The notes beneath the pieces are model-generated. The model did not search any database, was not told the origin of the DNA, and worked only from the letters and a program-made list of their open reading frames with translations. A program made the position numbers and the translations under genes. Source: Candidatus Micrarchaeota archaeon (GTDB lineage: Archaea > Micrarchaeota > Micrarchaeia > Anstonellales > Bilamarchaeaceae). Taken from it: a stretch of 64,000 nt of DNA. This document shows, piece after piece, positions 10,166-19,776 of this stretch. Every line of letters begins with the position of its first letter. Position 1 is the stretch's first letter. Location: the NCBI GenBank assembly GCA_016212505.1, contig JACRGB010000003.1, positions 27,561-91,560 on the forward strand, in the 5' to 3' direction.

Positions 10166-12988
10166 TCATTCAATAATTATCGCAGGCTTATCCGGCATTG
10201 CGTTTTTGGCCTTTTCGTGCTTTGATTTTGCCTCTGGCAGCACTTCGACTTTGCATGAAAACTCAGATTCAAGGAATTTAACTGCATCTTCTAAAGTTTC
10301 CAGCTCATCCTGCTCTGGAAGAGGTTTTTGTATGCTGTGGACATTTTTCATAATATTCTTTGCCACCGTTGATACCATTTTCATGTCCATCTTCTGCGCT
10401 GCTGCTTCCTTCATCAGCCCTTCGAAGGATTTTTTCTCTTTTGCAATTTCAACTAGCTGTCTTTTTTGTTCATTTGCTATGCAGAGGGTAACTTTTTGTG
10501 GTTTCTTTCCTATGATACCAGAAATTTTCTCAATATCAGCATGAACTGTTTTGATTAGTTCTTCTCCATGCTCAACTAGATCATCAATTGCTTTTTCATC
10601 AGCATCTGGTATTTTTGCAAGTGAAACAAAGGGCTTTCCCCCAATTTGCTCCCAATACTCTTCAGCAATATGAGGCATAAATGGAGAAATCAAAACAATC
10701 CATTTGTGGAAAAAGTCATGAAGATTAACTTTTCCTGCTGATCTTTTGGAATACCATTGAAGATCTGATACAACATCGTAAAATAGTTCAAGGGCTAATT
10801 CGCGTATGGCAAGTTCTTCATAAAGGTCATGTGCTTTTGAAATTTTGCGATTTAATCTAGATAAGAGCCAAAGGTCGATTCTGCTGTGAGTTTTTTGACC
10901 TTTTTTTGCGGGTTTTTTGGTTTTACTAGATTCTTCAATTAATTTGCTAATTAACGCAAGCCTTGAGCGAACTCCTTCAGCCACAGTTCTATTGAAATCA
11001 GTATCACTAGAAATTTCGGCGCCAGCAACAACAGAAAACCGGATAACATCTGCACCATACTCTGCAATTGCCTTTCTTAATGGAAGAATATTGCCCATAG
11101 ATTTGCTCATCTTCTTTCCGTCCATTAAGACAAAACCATTTGTTACAATCTGTTTTGGCCAGAGTTTTTTCTCGAAGATTGCCACATGGTTCAGTATGAA
11201 AAATGGCAAATGGTTCCGTATAAGGTCAGCGCCGCTATGACGTGAATCTAAAGGATACCAGTAAAGGAAACTTGCCCGCATGCCTTCTGCCTGCTTATCC
11301 GGAGGGGTACCCTTTCCAAGGAGCACATAGTCAAAGAACTGCTCGTCAAGTTGCTCATGCTTGCGGCCATGGAGTAAATGCGAAATGGTATAGAATGCCA
11401 TGTAGATTGTCGAATCGCTTAAGGCTTCAATAACTAATTTTTCATCGAACGGAAACCGCGTTCCTAAACCCTGGCTTCTTGCACATGCTTTTTGCTTTAG
11501 CCAGTCAATTGTGGCAAGATATTCTGCCCTGGTTTTTTCCGGAATTATATTCATTTGACTAAGGCATTCCTTTGCTTTTACCTTCCAGGATTCGTTTGAA
11601 TAATCAATGAACCATTGGTTGCCCAGGAGTTTGACGATTAAGTGAGTTCCGCAGCGGCAATAAATCGGCTTGTTATTAAGCTCCCAAAACATAACTGCAT
11701 CACGGGATTTTAGCAAATCCACTTTAATTGCTTCCTGACATTTTGGTACAGTCATCCCTGAATATTTCCCGCAGCTCTTGTTCATAACACCTTTACGGAA
11801 AACACGGCGATTAAGTTCTCCTTTTGCTTCTTCTAATTTTTCCTTTTGATCTGCAGAAGTAATTCCAAATTCCTTTCCAATTGAATCTCCTAAATCCTGG
11901 CCCATGCCTTCTATGTTTATGATAGGAATTGGCTTTAGTTTTGCAACAATATTCTGATCAAGACTGTATTCCTTAACCCGATCTGGAGCAGATTGTAATT
12001 TTCGTAACTCGTATAAGTCAACCGGGTCCTCAAGTGCAGAATATACTAACCCGGATCCAACAGAACTGTCAATAAAATCTGCAGGAAGAGTATAAAGTTC
12101 ATAATCAACTATTGGACCGCTAACCCATTTGCCAATTAGTTCCTTTGGGCTAATTTCGCCAATTACTTTTGCATTGGGATCGCATTGGTCATATACTTTC
12201 TCTACTGCACCTTCTCCAACTACCCATTTTTCTTTTTTTACCTGAACGATTTTGTACTTGCCATGTGGATCAACCCAAAGGTTGGATTGGCCTAAAAGCG
12301 CATCGGGTCTCGTAGTACCGGTCATTAAAATTAAATCCGATCCTTTTAGGTGAAATTTTATCCAGATAAAATCTTTTAGCTCCGGATCAGCATCGCCTTT
12401 GGTATCATGACCTCCCACTGCCTGATTGTCTTTTGGGCACCATGCAATAGGATGCTCACCCTGCACCAGAAGGCCGAGCTGTTTTAACTTAAGGAATTGC
12501 CATTGGATAAATCGGTTGAATATCGGATCAAAAGAGTAGAATTTTCTTCGCCAGTCAATCGAAAAGCCCATTTCCTTCATTCCGACTTCGATTTCTTTCG
12601 AAAAATGCATAACTAAGGTTTTTGGATCAGATAAAGTTTTGGTTTTTTCAGGAGGAATGCCATAAATTTTATCAAAAATTTCATAAACTTCCTTATCCCC
12701 TTCGCCAATTCTTCTTGCCATTGCAAGTATTGGTGTTCCGGTTACATGGAATGCCATTGGAAAAAGGACGTTGTAACCTTTGAGCCTTAAGTAGCGGGCG
12801 TAAATATCAGTAGTTGTATAGGTACGGGCATGACCTATGTGCTGGGGTGAATTTGGATAAGGAAATGCTGGAGTAAGGAAACGCTTTTCCCGCTCTTCTG
12901 GGTTAGATTCGAAAACTTTTTCAGCACTCCATCTCTCGGACCATTTCTTTTCAATTTCCGCAAAATTGGTTGAACTAGAACTATCCAT
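10166..12988 (-). CDS. leuS: Leucyl-tRNA synthetase (archaeal type)
   Basis: PYPNSPQHIGH, KMSKS, C-terminal AMPDKPAIIIE. Start moved to MDSSS (12988) to avoid overlapping the divergent gene. Confidence 0.96.
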   Translation of the reverse strand: MDSSSSTNFAEIEKKWSERWSAEKVFESNPEEREKRFLTPAFPYPNSPQHIGHARTYTTTDIYARYLRLKGYNVLFPMAFHVTGTPILAMARRIGEGDKEVYEIFDKIYGIPPEKTKTLSDPKTLVMHFSKEIEVGMKEMGFSIDWRRKFYSFDPIFNRFIQWQFLKLKQLGLLVQGEHPIAWCPKDNQAVGGHDTKGDADPELKDFIWIKFHLKGSDLILMTGTTRPDALLGQSNLWVDPHGKYKIVQVKKEKWVVGEGAVEKVYDQCDPNAKVIGEISPKELIGKWVSGPIVDYELYTLPADFIDSSVGSGLVYSALEDPVDLYELRKLQSAPDRVKEYSLDQNIVAKLKPIPIINIEGMGQDLGDSIGKEFGITSADQKEKLEEAKGELNRRVFRKGVMNKSCGKYSGMTVPKCQEAIKVDLLKSRDAVMFWELNNKPIYCRCGTHLIVKLLGNQWFIDYSNESWKVKAKECLSQMNIIPEKTRAEYLATIDWLKQKACARSQGLGTRFPFDEKLVIEALSDSTIYMAFYTISHLLHGRKHEQLDEQFFDYVLLGKGTPPDKQAEGMRASFLYWYPLDSRHSGADLIRNHLPFFILNHVAIFEKKLWPKQIVTNGFVLMDGKKMSKSMGNILPLRKAIAEYGADVIRFSVVAGAEISSDTDFNRTVAEGVRSRLALISKLIEESSKTKKPAKKGQKTHSRIDLWLLSRLNRKISKAHDLYEELAIRELALELFYDVVSDLQWYSKRSAGKVNLHDFFHKWIVLISPFMPHIAEEYWEQIGGKPFVSLAKIPDADEKAIDDLVEHGEELIKTVHADIEKISGIIGKKPQKVTLCIANEQKRQLVEIAKEKKSFEGLMKEAAAQKMDMKMVSTVAKNIMKNVHSIQKPLPEQDELETLEDAVKFLESEFSCKVEVLPEAKSKHEKAKNAMPDKPAIIIE

Positions 12989-13058
12989 ATAGAAAACCTG
13001 CTTTGATGAGAAAAGATTGTTTCGGAGAATTTTTAAGGAAATGTTTCGATAGTCTTCC

Positions 13059-13412
13059 ATGACCAGTAGCGCAATCCACCATCTCCACAAAAGGAAGAGG
13101 ATCCATCAGAAGCACGAAAAATATCCGCATCCGGACAAATGGAAAAATAGGCTCGATCTGATTGTTTTTGGAATCGGGTTATTTGCAGTTTTTATGACTA
13201 TTCCGCAGGTTATAGAGGTTTGGACGAATAAGAACGTTGCAGGGGTTTCACCAGCTACATGGATAACTTATGCCTTGGCATCATTTTGCTGGATGATTTA
13301 CGGGGTGGTCCATAAGGAGGATAAGATAGTAGTCGTAAATGCTCTTTATGTCGTCCTGAATTTGCTAGTAGTTGCCGGAGTATGGGTGAGCATAGGACAT
13401 CTGGCGCTTTAA
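13059..13412 (+). CDS. SemiSWEET/PQ-loop family small transporter
   Basis: TIPQV...KNVAGVS...WMIYG, three TM segments. Confidence 0.85.
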   Translation: MTSSAIHHLHKRKRIHQKHEKYPHPDKWKNRLDLIVFGIGLFAVFMTIPQVIEVWTNKNVAGVSPATWITYALASFCWMIYGVVHKEDKIVVVNALYVVLNLLVVAGVWVSIGHLAL

Positions 13413-13480
13413 TCAACAATAGCCATCAAACCCCACTAAAAAACCACTCTTTTTAAATACTTCCACAGTAGTTCCTAGTT

Positions 13481-13915
13481 ATGGGGTCAGATTTAAGAGT
13501 GGGAGACATTATGACCAAGAAAGTCGCGGTCGCTCCATTTGGAACTTCTGTCATAGACGTAGCCAAGCTCATGAAAAAACTTGAGATTGGTTCTGTGATA
13601 GTTGTCCAAGATAAAGAAGGCAAACACGCTAAAGGCATAATCACTGAAAGGGATTTGGTACATAAAATCCTTGCCCAGAGCAAGGATGGCCAGAAGATGA
13701 TGGTTGAAGAAGTTATGTCAAAACCTCTTAGGGTGATTAAGTCAAGTACAACTATAGAAGAAGCTGCCAAAGCGATGCGCGAAAATAAGATAAAACGACT
13801 TCCGGTCGTAAACGAGCATAATGAACTTATTGGCATATTAAGTGAAAATGACATCATGAAGATATTCCCAGTTGTTGTTGACCTCCTTGAAGAGAGGGCA
13901 TCGCTACTGGAATAA
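13481..13915 (+). CDS. CBS-domain pair protein
   Basis: VGDIMT, GIITERD, IKRLPVV, GILSEND. Confidence 0.93.
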   Translation: MGSDLRVGDIMTKKVAVAPFGTSVIDVAKLMKKLEIGSVIVVQDKEGKHAKGIITERDLVHKILAQSKDGQKMMVEEVMSKPLRVIKSSTTIEEAAKAMRENKIKRLPVVNEHNELIGILSENDIMKIFPVVVDLLEERASLLE

Positions 13916-13922
13916 GATAGTC

Positions 13923-14029
13923 ATACTGCTGTGCACGGATGGCCACCTGAGCTTTATAGCGATGAGGGAAAGAGGCGGTTGAAAGATCGCCCGCCTGAAA
14001 ATGGCGGTCAACAGTGCACAGCAATTATG
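13923..14029 (+). ncRNA. Candidate structured ncRNA (multi-way junction with K-turn, GAAA tetraloop and T-loop-like hairpin)
   Basis: Closing stem TGCTGTGCAC/GTGCACAGCA, inner TGGCC/GGTCA, three hairpins; G-U pairs favour the + strand. Confidence 0.6.
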
Positions 14030-14047
14030 TCGTAAATATGTCTCCGA

Positions 14048-14091
14048 TCTTCAGCGCATGGCGCTGGAGAGTAGAGAAACAAGGTTTCTCT
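14048..14091. repeat. Mini-palindrome array I (2 units)
   Basis: TCTTCAGCGC-ATG-GCGCTGGAGA; AGAGAAAC-AAG-GTTTCTCT. Confidence 0.6.
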
Positions 14092-14113
14092 GAGCCCATG
14101 GAGAAGAAATAAA

Positions 14114-14497
14114 GTGGAGATTAAGAAAAAAATAAAGATATTAAAACAAATACTCGAGCAACTTCGGGAACACTATGTGTTTGTAGAAGGTAAACGGGAT
14201 AAAATAGCAATGCGGGCATTAGGTTGCCTGGATGTGCTTACGATTGCCGGAAACCTCAACATAAGTTGCGATAAAGTCCAAAAACTTAGCGTAGCTGGGC
14301 CTATTTTTGTGCTTACTGATCTTGATGAACCTGGGAACGAGCTGGCAATCCTAGCTAGGGATGAATTAGAATCACGGTCAATAAAAGCAGACATCAGCAC
14401 ACGCAGGACACTTGGACGAATTTTGAATATTAGGCAGTTTGAAGATGCGAAAAGAGGATATGATGAACTAATGAAAGAATATGAGGATAATAATTGA
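14114..14497 (+). CDS. Small Toprim-domain protein (COG1658-like)
   Basis: VFVEGKRD and VLTDLDEPG Toprim motifs. Confidence 0.85.
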   Translation: MEIKKKIKILKQILEQLREHYVFVEGKRDKIAMRALGCLDVLTIAGNLNISCDKVQKLSVAGPIFVLTDLDEPGNELAILARDELESRSIKADISTRRTLGRILNIRQFEDAKRGYDELMKEYEDNN

Positions 14498-14518
14498 AGA
14501 AAATGACGAATAAATAAT

Positions 14519-14569
14519 GGACAAAATTTCATAAATTTTGTCCGAATTGGAATTTATACAAATTCCAAT
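14519..14569. repeat. Mini-palindrome array II (2 units)
   Basis: GGACAAAATTT-CAT-AAATTTTGTCC; ATTGGAATTT-ATAC-AAATTCCAAT. Confidence 0.85.
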
Positions 14570-14655
14570 ACGATAAAAAAACGAATGAAATTATAAAAAA
14601 AGAATTTATGAACGAAATGATGCGAAATATGAATAGAAAACAAAGGTGATTAACT

Positions 14656-16002
14656 ATGGCAAAAACATACATTGATACAGTAAAATATTTGGTTTATACG
14701 AATTTGGAAATTGACGGTCTTGTTGAAAAACCAGACGTAGTTGGTGCGATATTTGGCCAGACAGAAGGCCTCTTAGGCGATGAATTAGACCTTCGGGACC
14801 TGCAAAAAAACGGCAGGATCGGAAGAATCGAGGTCGACCTCATACCAAGAGACGGCAAGACAACCGGGATAATCAAAATCCCAAGCTCGCTCGACATGGT
14901 TGAAACCTGCATTATTGCTGCGGCACTGGAAACGGTTGACCGTGTTGGCCCATGCGAAGCAAGGTTTAGGATCACAAAAGTTGAAGATACAAGAAGCGTA
15001 AAGAGAAAAACACTCGTGGACAGGGCAAAGAGCCTACTTAAGTTGCTTCTTAATACCGAAATTCCGGAAAGCAAGGAAATATCCGAAATGGTCCGGGACG
15101 AAGTAAAAACTTCAGAAGTAGTTGAATACGGTCACGACCGCTTATCAGCTGGTCCTGGAATCGATAAGAGCGAGGAGCTCGTTTTTGTTGAAGGACGGGC
15201 AGATGTCGTTAACCTGCTAAAGAATGATATTACCAATGTCATTGCAATAGGCGGGGCAAAGGTAACCAAAACAATAATCGACGTTTCCAAAAGAAAGGAA
15301 GTGACGGTTTTCTTGGACGGTGACCGTGGCGGGGACATCATACTCAATGAGCTTGTCCAAAATGGTGTGGATATTGACTTTATTGCACGCGCGCCAGCGG
15401 GCGTTGAAGTTGAGGAACTAACAAGAAAAGAAATCATCAAGTACTTGAGGAACAAGGCTCCGTTCGAGCAATCCGGCCCGCGCAAAGGCCCTGAACGAAG
15501 AAAGATGGACATTCCAAAATTCAGGCAGGACTTTATGCAGAGCCAGGTAGCCCAGGAAAGCGAGCCCCAATCGATACGGGAAGCTGTAATGGACCAGGTG
15601 GACTTGCCAAGACGAAAACCGGTTGATGATTTGCCTTTGGAAAAGACCGAAATAGACATTCCGGAAGCAGACAAACATAGCCACGTACATCCGCATGCTG
15701 CAAATGACTCCCATCATTTCAATAAGGATGAACTAGTTAAGGAGCTTGATACACTTGCAAACAGCCTGCGGGCAAGGTTCTACAACAGCAGCATGCAGAA
15801 GATTTCTGAGGTAGCGGTTAGGGATGTTATAAAGGCCCTAAGCGAGACCAAAGATGTCAATGCAATTGTCTTTGACGGCATAATCACCCAAAGATTGGTT
15901 GATCTGGCTGCAAGGCAGGGAGTACATGTCCTGGTCGGTATAAAGATCGGGAACGTGAATAAGACTCCGGAATCGATTGAGATAATTACTAAGAATAAGT
16001 AG
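14656..16002 (+). CDS. dnaG: Archaeal DnaG (bacterial-type primase / exosome-associated)
   Basis: VEKPDVVGAIFGQTEGLLG, VEGRADV, FLDGDRGG, FDGIITQRL; GGTGA RBS. Confidence 0.96.
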   Translation: MAKTYIDTVKYLVYTNLEIDGLVEKPDVVGAIFGQTEGLLGDELDLRDLQKNGRIGRIEVDLIPRDGKTTGIIKIPSSLDMVETCIIAAALETVDRVGPCEARFRITKVEDTRSVKRKTLVDRAKSLLKLLLNTEIPESKEISEMVRDEVKTSEVVEYGHDRLSAGPGIDKSEELVFVEGRADVVNLLKNDITNVIAIGGAKVTKTIIDVSKRKEVTVFLDGDRGGDIILNELVQNGVDIDFIARAPAGVEVEELTRKEIIKYLRNKAPFEQSGPRKGPERRKMDIPKFRQDFMQSQVAQESEPQSIREAVMDQVDLPRRKPVDDLPLEKTEIDIPEADKHSHVHPHAANDSHHFNKDELVKELDTLANSLRARFYNSSMQKISEVAVRDVIKALSETKDVNAIVFDGIITQRLVDLAARQGVHVLVGIKIGNVNKTPESIEIITKNK

Positions 16003-16132
16003 TAAGCAGTCGATTAATAATAAATGAAAAAATTATTTTTTTTATTTTTTATCTTTTTTATTTATTTTAATTTTATTCTTTGATTTACTTTATCTTTTTC
16101 TAAAATCTTTTCCATATCTGAAAAAATAAAAT

Positions 16133-17425
16133 TTAAGTGTGAACTCTTGCTGCTTGCACTCGAGATGCTGCAACAGGTGATGATCGCCGCTCAGAAGTGG
16201 CTGCGCGCAATTCAATCAGTTCTATTGCATGCGCAACAGAGCTTCTTAGGCTGGTTTTAATATATGAGGTGGAATTGTGGGAATCGCCATGCCATTGACC
16301 GCCTCTATCCGTCTCTGGCCCGCCCAACTGGCGGCTAACTTCAAGGATAGTATTTCTGTCTCCGGAGTCCCTGCATTCCACAATCATCTCTTTAAGAGAA
16401 TAACCTGCTGAGCTTCGGGTCTTTGGATCATCGTGTGTTTGGATTAAGTTGATCAAAATGCTTATTGCAGCAGAATTATGATAAAGCCGAAGCGCACTAA
16501 CTGCAGCAGACCGAATAGCAGGTTCTTCAGAAGAAACCAAAGCAGTAATTTTTTCCTGAGAGCCTTCTTTTGCCAAATGGGCCATAGCATAAATGGCGCC
16601 AGTTTTTTTATCTTGAGAATCACCGGCAAGCATTGTTTCGATTTTAGCATATTGCCCATCAGTTACTCCAACAGATGCAAGCGATTGTGCGGCAAACCAT
16701 TTCAAAATAAAGGCGCTGCCGTCTACCGAAGACCCTTTTTCAAAAGTTTGGCCCAAAAAATCAATAAGGGCATCTGCAACAGTTGTCTCGTTAGTAAATG
16801 TACCTAATGCCTTAGTCGATTCGGAAAGTACTGAAGAATGGTACTTATCGTTTAAAGTTCCAATCAAAGCAGCCGTGGCAGTTGGTTTGGTTTGGGCTGA
16901 ACAAACAATTTGGCCAAGTGCCTTTGCTGCAGCAGGTGCAACCAGGCCTTCAGTTGCACTTTTTGGCTCAGGGCTTTTTAGAACTTCTGCTAACCGATCA
17001 ACGGCTCGCTCGTCTCCAATAGTTCCTAGCGCACCGTAGATTTGTGTTTGGTCATACCAGCCTGCAACTTTGGAAGCTTCGACAAGGCTCGGAACGTCAC
17101 CAAAGTCAATCAATGCCCGAACTGCAGAAAAACCACAAAAACGGCCCGCACTTGCACGAACAAGAGCAGGCAAACAGGAGATATCACCTATCAGCACCAA
17201 AGCTTCGATAGCAGCTCTTTTGATATCCAATTCTGCCTGTAATTTATATCTATTGTCAGATCCTGGATTATTTATGGCCATTGAATTCCAGGAAGCATCA
17301 ACAAACTCAATTAGTTTTGGCACAGCACCAACTTCTTTTGCTTTGCCAAGCGCAGAAATAGCAGCAATCCGCTCTCCGGAATCAGGACTGTCCAAATGAG
17401 CCATAAGAACTTCTGTTTCATTCAT
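16133..17425 (-). CDS. HEAT/PBS-lyase repeat protein with basic low-complexity C-tail
   Basis: Repeated RxxAxxALG motifs (ERIAAISALG, ALGTIGDERAV, IRSAAVSAL). Confidence 0.8.
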   Translation of the reverse strand: MNETEVLMAHLDSPDSGERIAAISALGKAKEVGAVPKLIEFVDASWNSMAINNPGSDNRYKLQAELDIKRAAIEALVLIGDISCLPALVRASAGRFCGFSAVRALIDFGDVPSLVEASKVAGWYDQTQIYGALGTIGDERAVDRLAEVLKSPEPKSATEGLVAPAAAKALGQIVCSAQTKPTATAALIGTLNDKYHSSVLSESTKALGTFTNETTVADALIDFLGQTFEKGSSVDGSAFILKWFAAQSLASVGVTDGQYAKIETMLAGDSQDKKTGAIYAMAHLAKEGSQEKITALVSSEEPAIRSAAVSALRLYHNSAAISILINLIQTHDDPKTRSSAGYSLKEMIVECRDSGDRNTILEVSRQLGGPETDRGGQWHGDSHNSTSYIKTSLRSSVAHAIELIELRAATSERRSSPVAASRVQAARVHT

Positions 17426-17534
17426 AAGATCACCGTTTGAATGACGGTATCATGCACCAAACCGTTTAAAAGGACATCTTTTACCACTAAGGGTTAGGCA
17501 AAATGTTTAAATTAACTTAATTCTAATTAAAATC

Positions 17535-17810
17535 ATGGAAAGGAAGAAAGTCATAGATATAGTAAGGAAAATTATGTCTAAAAGTCATATAAAAAGAGCC
17601 TACCTCTTCGGCAGCTTTGCCAGGGGACAAAAAAAATATAACGACATAGACATAGCAATAGACCCCCCGAAAGGCTTTACTCTGCTTGATTTGTCAAGAA
17701 TAGCCAATAGCATAGAAGATCAAACAGGACGTAATATTGATCTGGTTACTATTCGTGCAATGAACCCGAAGATTAAAAATGCCATCAAAAAAGAGATGGT
17801 AGCGATATGA
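17535..17810 (+). CDS. mntA: Minimal nucleotidyltransferase (MNT) antitoxin
   Basis: LFGSFARG...DIDI motif. Confidence 0.9.
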   Translation: MERKKVIDIVRKIMSKSHIKRAYLFGSFARGQKKYNDIDIAIDPPKGFTLLDLSRIANSIEDQTGRNIDLVTIRAMNPKIKNAIKKEMVAI

Positions 17811-18139
17811 GTAAGGATCCGAATTTTTATCTGGGTCATGTGATTGAAGCCATAGAAAAGATTCAGAAATACACTAAAGGTTTTGATAGATCAGATTTCT
17901 TAGAAAATGAACTGGTGCAGGATGCAGTAGTCCGGAACATTGAAATAATTGGAGAAGCAGTTAAGAATCTGCCAAATGACTTTAAGAAAAAACATTCAAA
18001 TGTCCCTTGGAGGGATATTGCAGGAATGCGTGACCGGATCGTTCATTTTTATTTTGGCATAGATTTCGAATTAGTGTGGGATACTATCGAAACGGACATA
18101 CCAGAACTTGAGAAAAAGATCAGTAAACTGATTAAATAG
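17807..18139 (+). CDS. hepT: HEPN/DUF86 ribonuclease toxin
   Basis: DAVVRNIEIIGEA, GMRDRIVHFYFG (RxxxxH). Confidence 0.92.
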   Translation: MSKDPNFYLGHVIEAIEKIQKYTKGFDRSDFLENELVQDAVVRNIEIIGEAVKNLPNDFKKKHSNVPWRDIAGMRDRIVHFYFGIDFELVWDTIETDIPELEKKISKLIK

Positions 18140-18164
18140 ATCAAAAAAACGATTCAGTTAACAG

Positions 18165-18680
18165 TTAACGATATAGCGCCACTTCCATCCAAGCAAGATA
18201 GGTCTTTTTTACTCCTTTTGAATCGTTGTAAATGGAAACTACGCGCCTTATTTTAACGACCTCGTTCGGCGCATCTGGCAGGTTGCCACCAATTGAGAAA
18301 ACGATTGGTTTTTGCGAATTTGAAGAATCGGAAAGTTCAGTTACATTGATCGAAACATTATACGGAGTTCCAAGCTTCTGCTTTAGCCAGTCCTGGTTAC
18401 CCTGGCCTTTCTTTAATGCACATTCCATAGTTGATGCATTTAGCCTTCGGTCGTCCACGCTGAGGGCAAAGCCTAAGCTTTCAAGGTCCTGGCAGTTAGC
18501 GGATGAGCCGGAAACAGAAAGAAGCTGGTTGGAAATGCGCACAGAGTCTTTGGAAAGTGATGCACCCTGATAATCAAGATAGTTCTTTACTGAGTGCCAG
18601 TATGAGAGCAAGGCAACAAGTGCAAGAACAAAGATTACAGAGGCAACAATTGCATCAAAACTGAAATATTGACCACGCAT
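18165..18680 (-). CDS. Class III signal-peptide (pilin-like) protein
   Basis: MRG/QYFSFD followed by a hydrophobic helix. Confidence 0.75.
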   Translation of the reverse strand: MRGQYFSFDAIVASVIFVLALVALLSYWHSVKNYLDYQGASLSKDSVRISNQLLSVSGSSANCQDLESLGFALSVDDRRLNASTMECALKKGQGNQDWLKQKLGTPYNVSINVTELSDSSNSQKPIVFSIGGNLPDAPNEVVKIRRVVSIYNDSKGVKKTYLAWMEVALYR

Positions 18681-19355
18681 TTATTCACCCTCAAGCTGTG
18701 ATATAGTTAATTTTTCACCGTCGTTATTTAATATTAGAAGGTTAGTGCATTTATTGCTTTGGATAATATATTGCCCAAGCTCCTGGGCAATGCACCCATT
18801 GCCATTATCAACTTGATAATCATAAGCAGGCACCTTATATGAATAACTAAAAGTTCCGTAAGGGCCCTGCCAATCAAGAACTAGGTTATAATTTTTATTC
18901 GGTAGGGTAATATTATAGGGATAACCAAGTATGGTTTTTGGGAAAGTATAGTTATAGGAAAATCCGCGGCCGCCCTGGACGCCAAGAGCAATTGCATTGG
19001 AAAACCCTTCACCAACGCCTTGCGCAACAGTATTTTGCCGTAGGGGAATTTCTGAGGATTGTATATTGTTAATGACAATAAAGGCAGCTATAACTAGCAC
19101 CATAAAAACAGAGATGTATAACATGAATTCGGCAGCCACCTGTGCGCGCAGGTGGCTGGCAGCGAACGGAGTTCGCTCAACCGCGACTTGCCCACGCAAG
19201 TTGCGGGCATGGCAAGAAATACCTTGTATTTCTTGACAGTCTTGAACGGATCGCCGTTCAAGGACAGAAAACGAAGTTTTCTCAACAGCGACCTGGCCTC
19301 GAAAGTAGCTGACTTGCGCCTTTTTAGAATTGTTTTTTTGTTTAACCTGGTGCAC
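18681..19355 (-). CDS. Class III signal-peptide protein with palindrome-derived N-terminal extension
   Basis: RA/QVAAEF + hydrophobic helix, preceded by KAQVS and two RGQVAVE copies. Confidence 0.75.
   Translation of the reverse strand: MHQVKQKNNSKKAQVSYFRGQVAVEKTSFSVLERRSVQDCQEIQGISCHARNLRGQVAVERTPFAASHLRAQVAAEFMLYISVFMVLVIAAFIVINNIQSSEIPLRQNTVAQGVGEGFSNAIALGVQGGRGFSYNYTFPKTILGYPYNITLPNKNYNLVLDWQGPYGTFSYSYKVPAYDYQVDNGNGCIAQELGQYIIQSNKCTNLLILNNDGEKLTISQLEGE
19133..19282. repeat. Mini-palindrome array III (6 units), in-frame within the pilin-like gene
   Basis: CAGCCACCTG/CAGGTGGCTG; AGCGAAC-GGA-GTTCGCT; CCGCGACTTG/CAAGTTGCGG; CAAGAAATAC-CTT-GTATTTCTTG; CTTGAACGG-ATCG-CCGTTCAAG; AGAAAAC-GAA-GTTTTCT. 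Confidence 0.85.
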
Positions 19356-19776
19356 TAAGTTCCACCTTACCGTTATTGTTCACCAGAGTAATTGGTAGAA
19401 GTCCGCTCTTTGCCTTAAGGTTCTGCTCGTAGTAGTTATTTTTATTATTACTAGAGATATTCGCGATCGTTGGGGAAACTGCCTCAAAATTACCTGACGA
19501 GGTTTTTATGGTGATAATGATTTCGCCACTTTTAGCCTGGAGAGATTCTGTGGACGAAGGAAGGTTCAGTACGACAACGCGCTTTGCACCATTTCCCTGC
19601 GCAAAAACAAAATCAGCGGCTTCAGCTAGAGAGCGGCTCGATGATTCTGCCTGGGCCTTGGCAGTATTCTCATAACCTACTGAATTTAGCGAGAATAAAA
19701 GGAACAGGACCGGCACGGTAAATGCTAGCACAATTGCGATTGTGACAAAAAGTTCCATTGAAGATTGGCCCTTCAT
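19342..19776 (-). CDS. Class III signal-peptide (pilin-like) protein
   Basis: MKG/QSSMEL followed by a hydrophobic helix. Confidence 0.8.
   Translation of the reverse strand: MKGQSSMELFVTIAIVLAFTVPVLFLLFSLNSVGYENTAKAQAESSSRSLAEAADFVFAQGNGAKRVVVLNLPSSTESLQAKSGEIIITIKTSSGNFEAVSPTIANISSNNKNNYYEQNLKAKSGLLPITLVNNNGKVELSAPG

Noticed and set aside
12989-13090. N-terminal extension of LeuRS in the ORF track
   Set aside because: Overlaps the divergent PQ-loop gene; homology begins near MDSSS.
13918-14110. RNase P RNA, SRP RNA or tRNA identity for the structured intergenic region
   Set aside because: Lacks the GAGGAAAGUCC/ACAGAA P4 motifs, the SRP helix 8 motif and tRNA arm geometry.
16003-16132. 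AT-rich tract as a replication origin
   Set aside because: T-rich stretch between convergent genes fits terminators; no ORB repeats or cdc6 nearby.
19133-19282. CRISPR array interpretation of the palindrome clusters
   Set aside because: No identical direct repeats separated by unique spacers, and no cas genes in the window.
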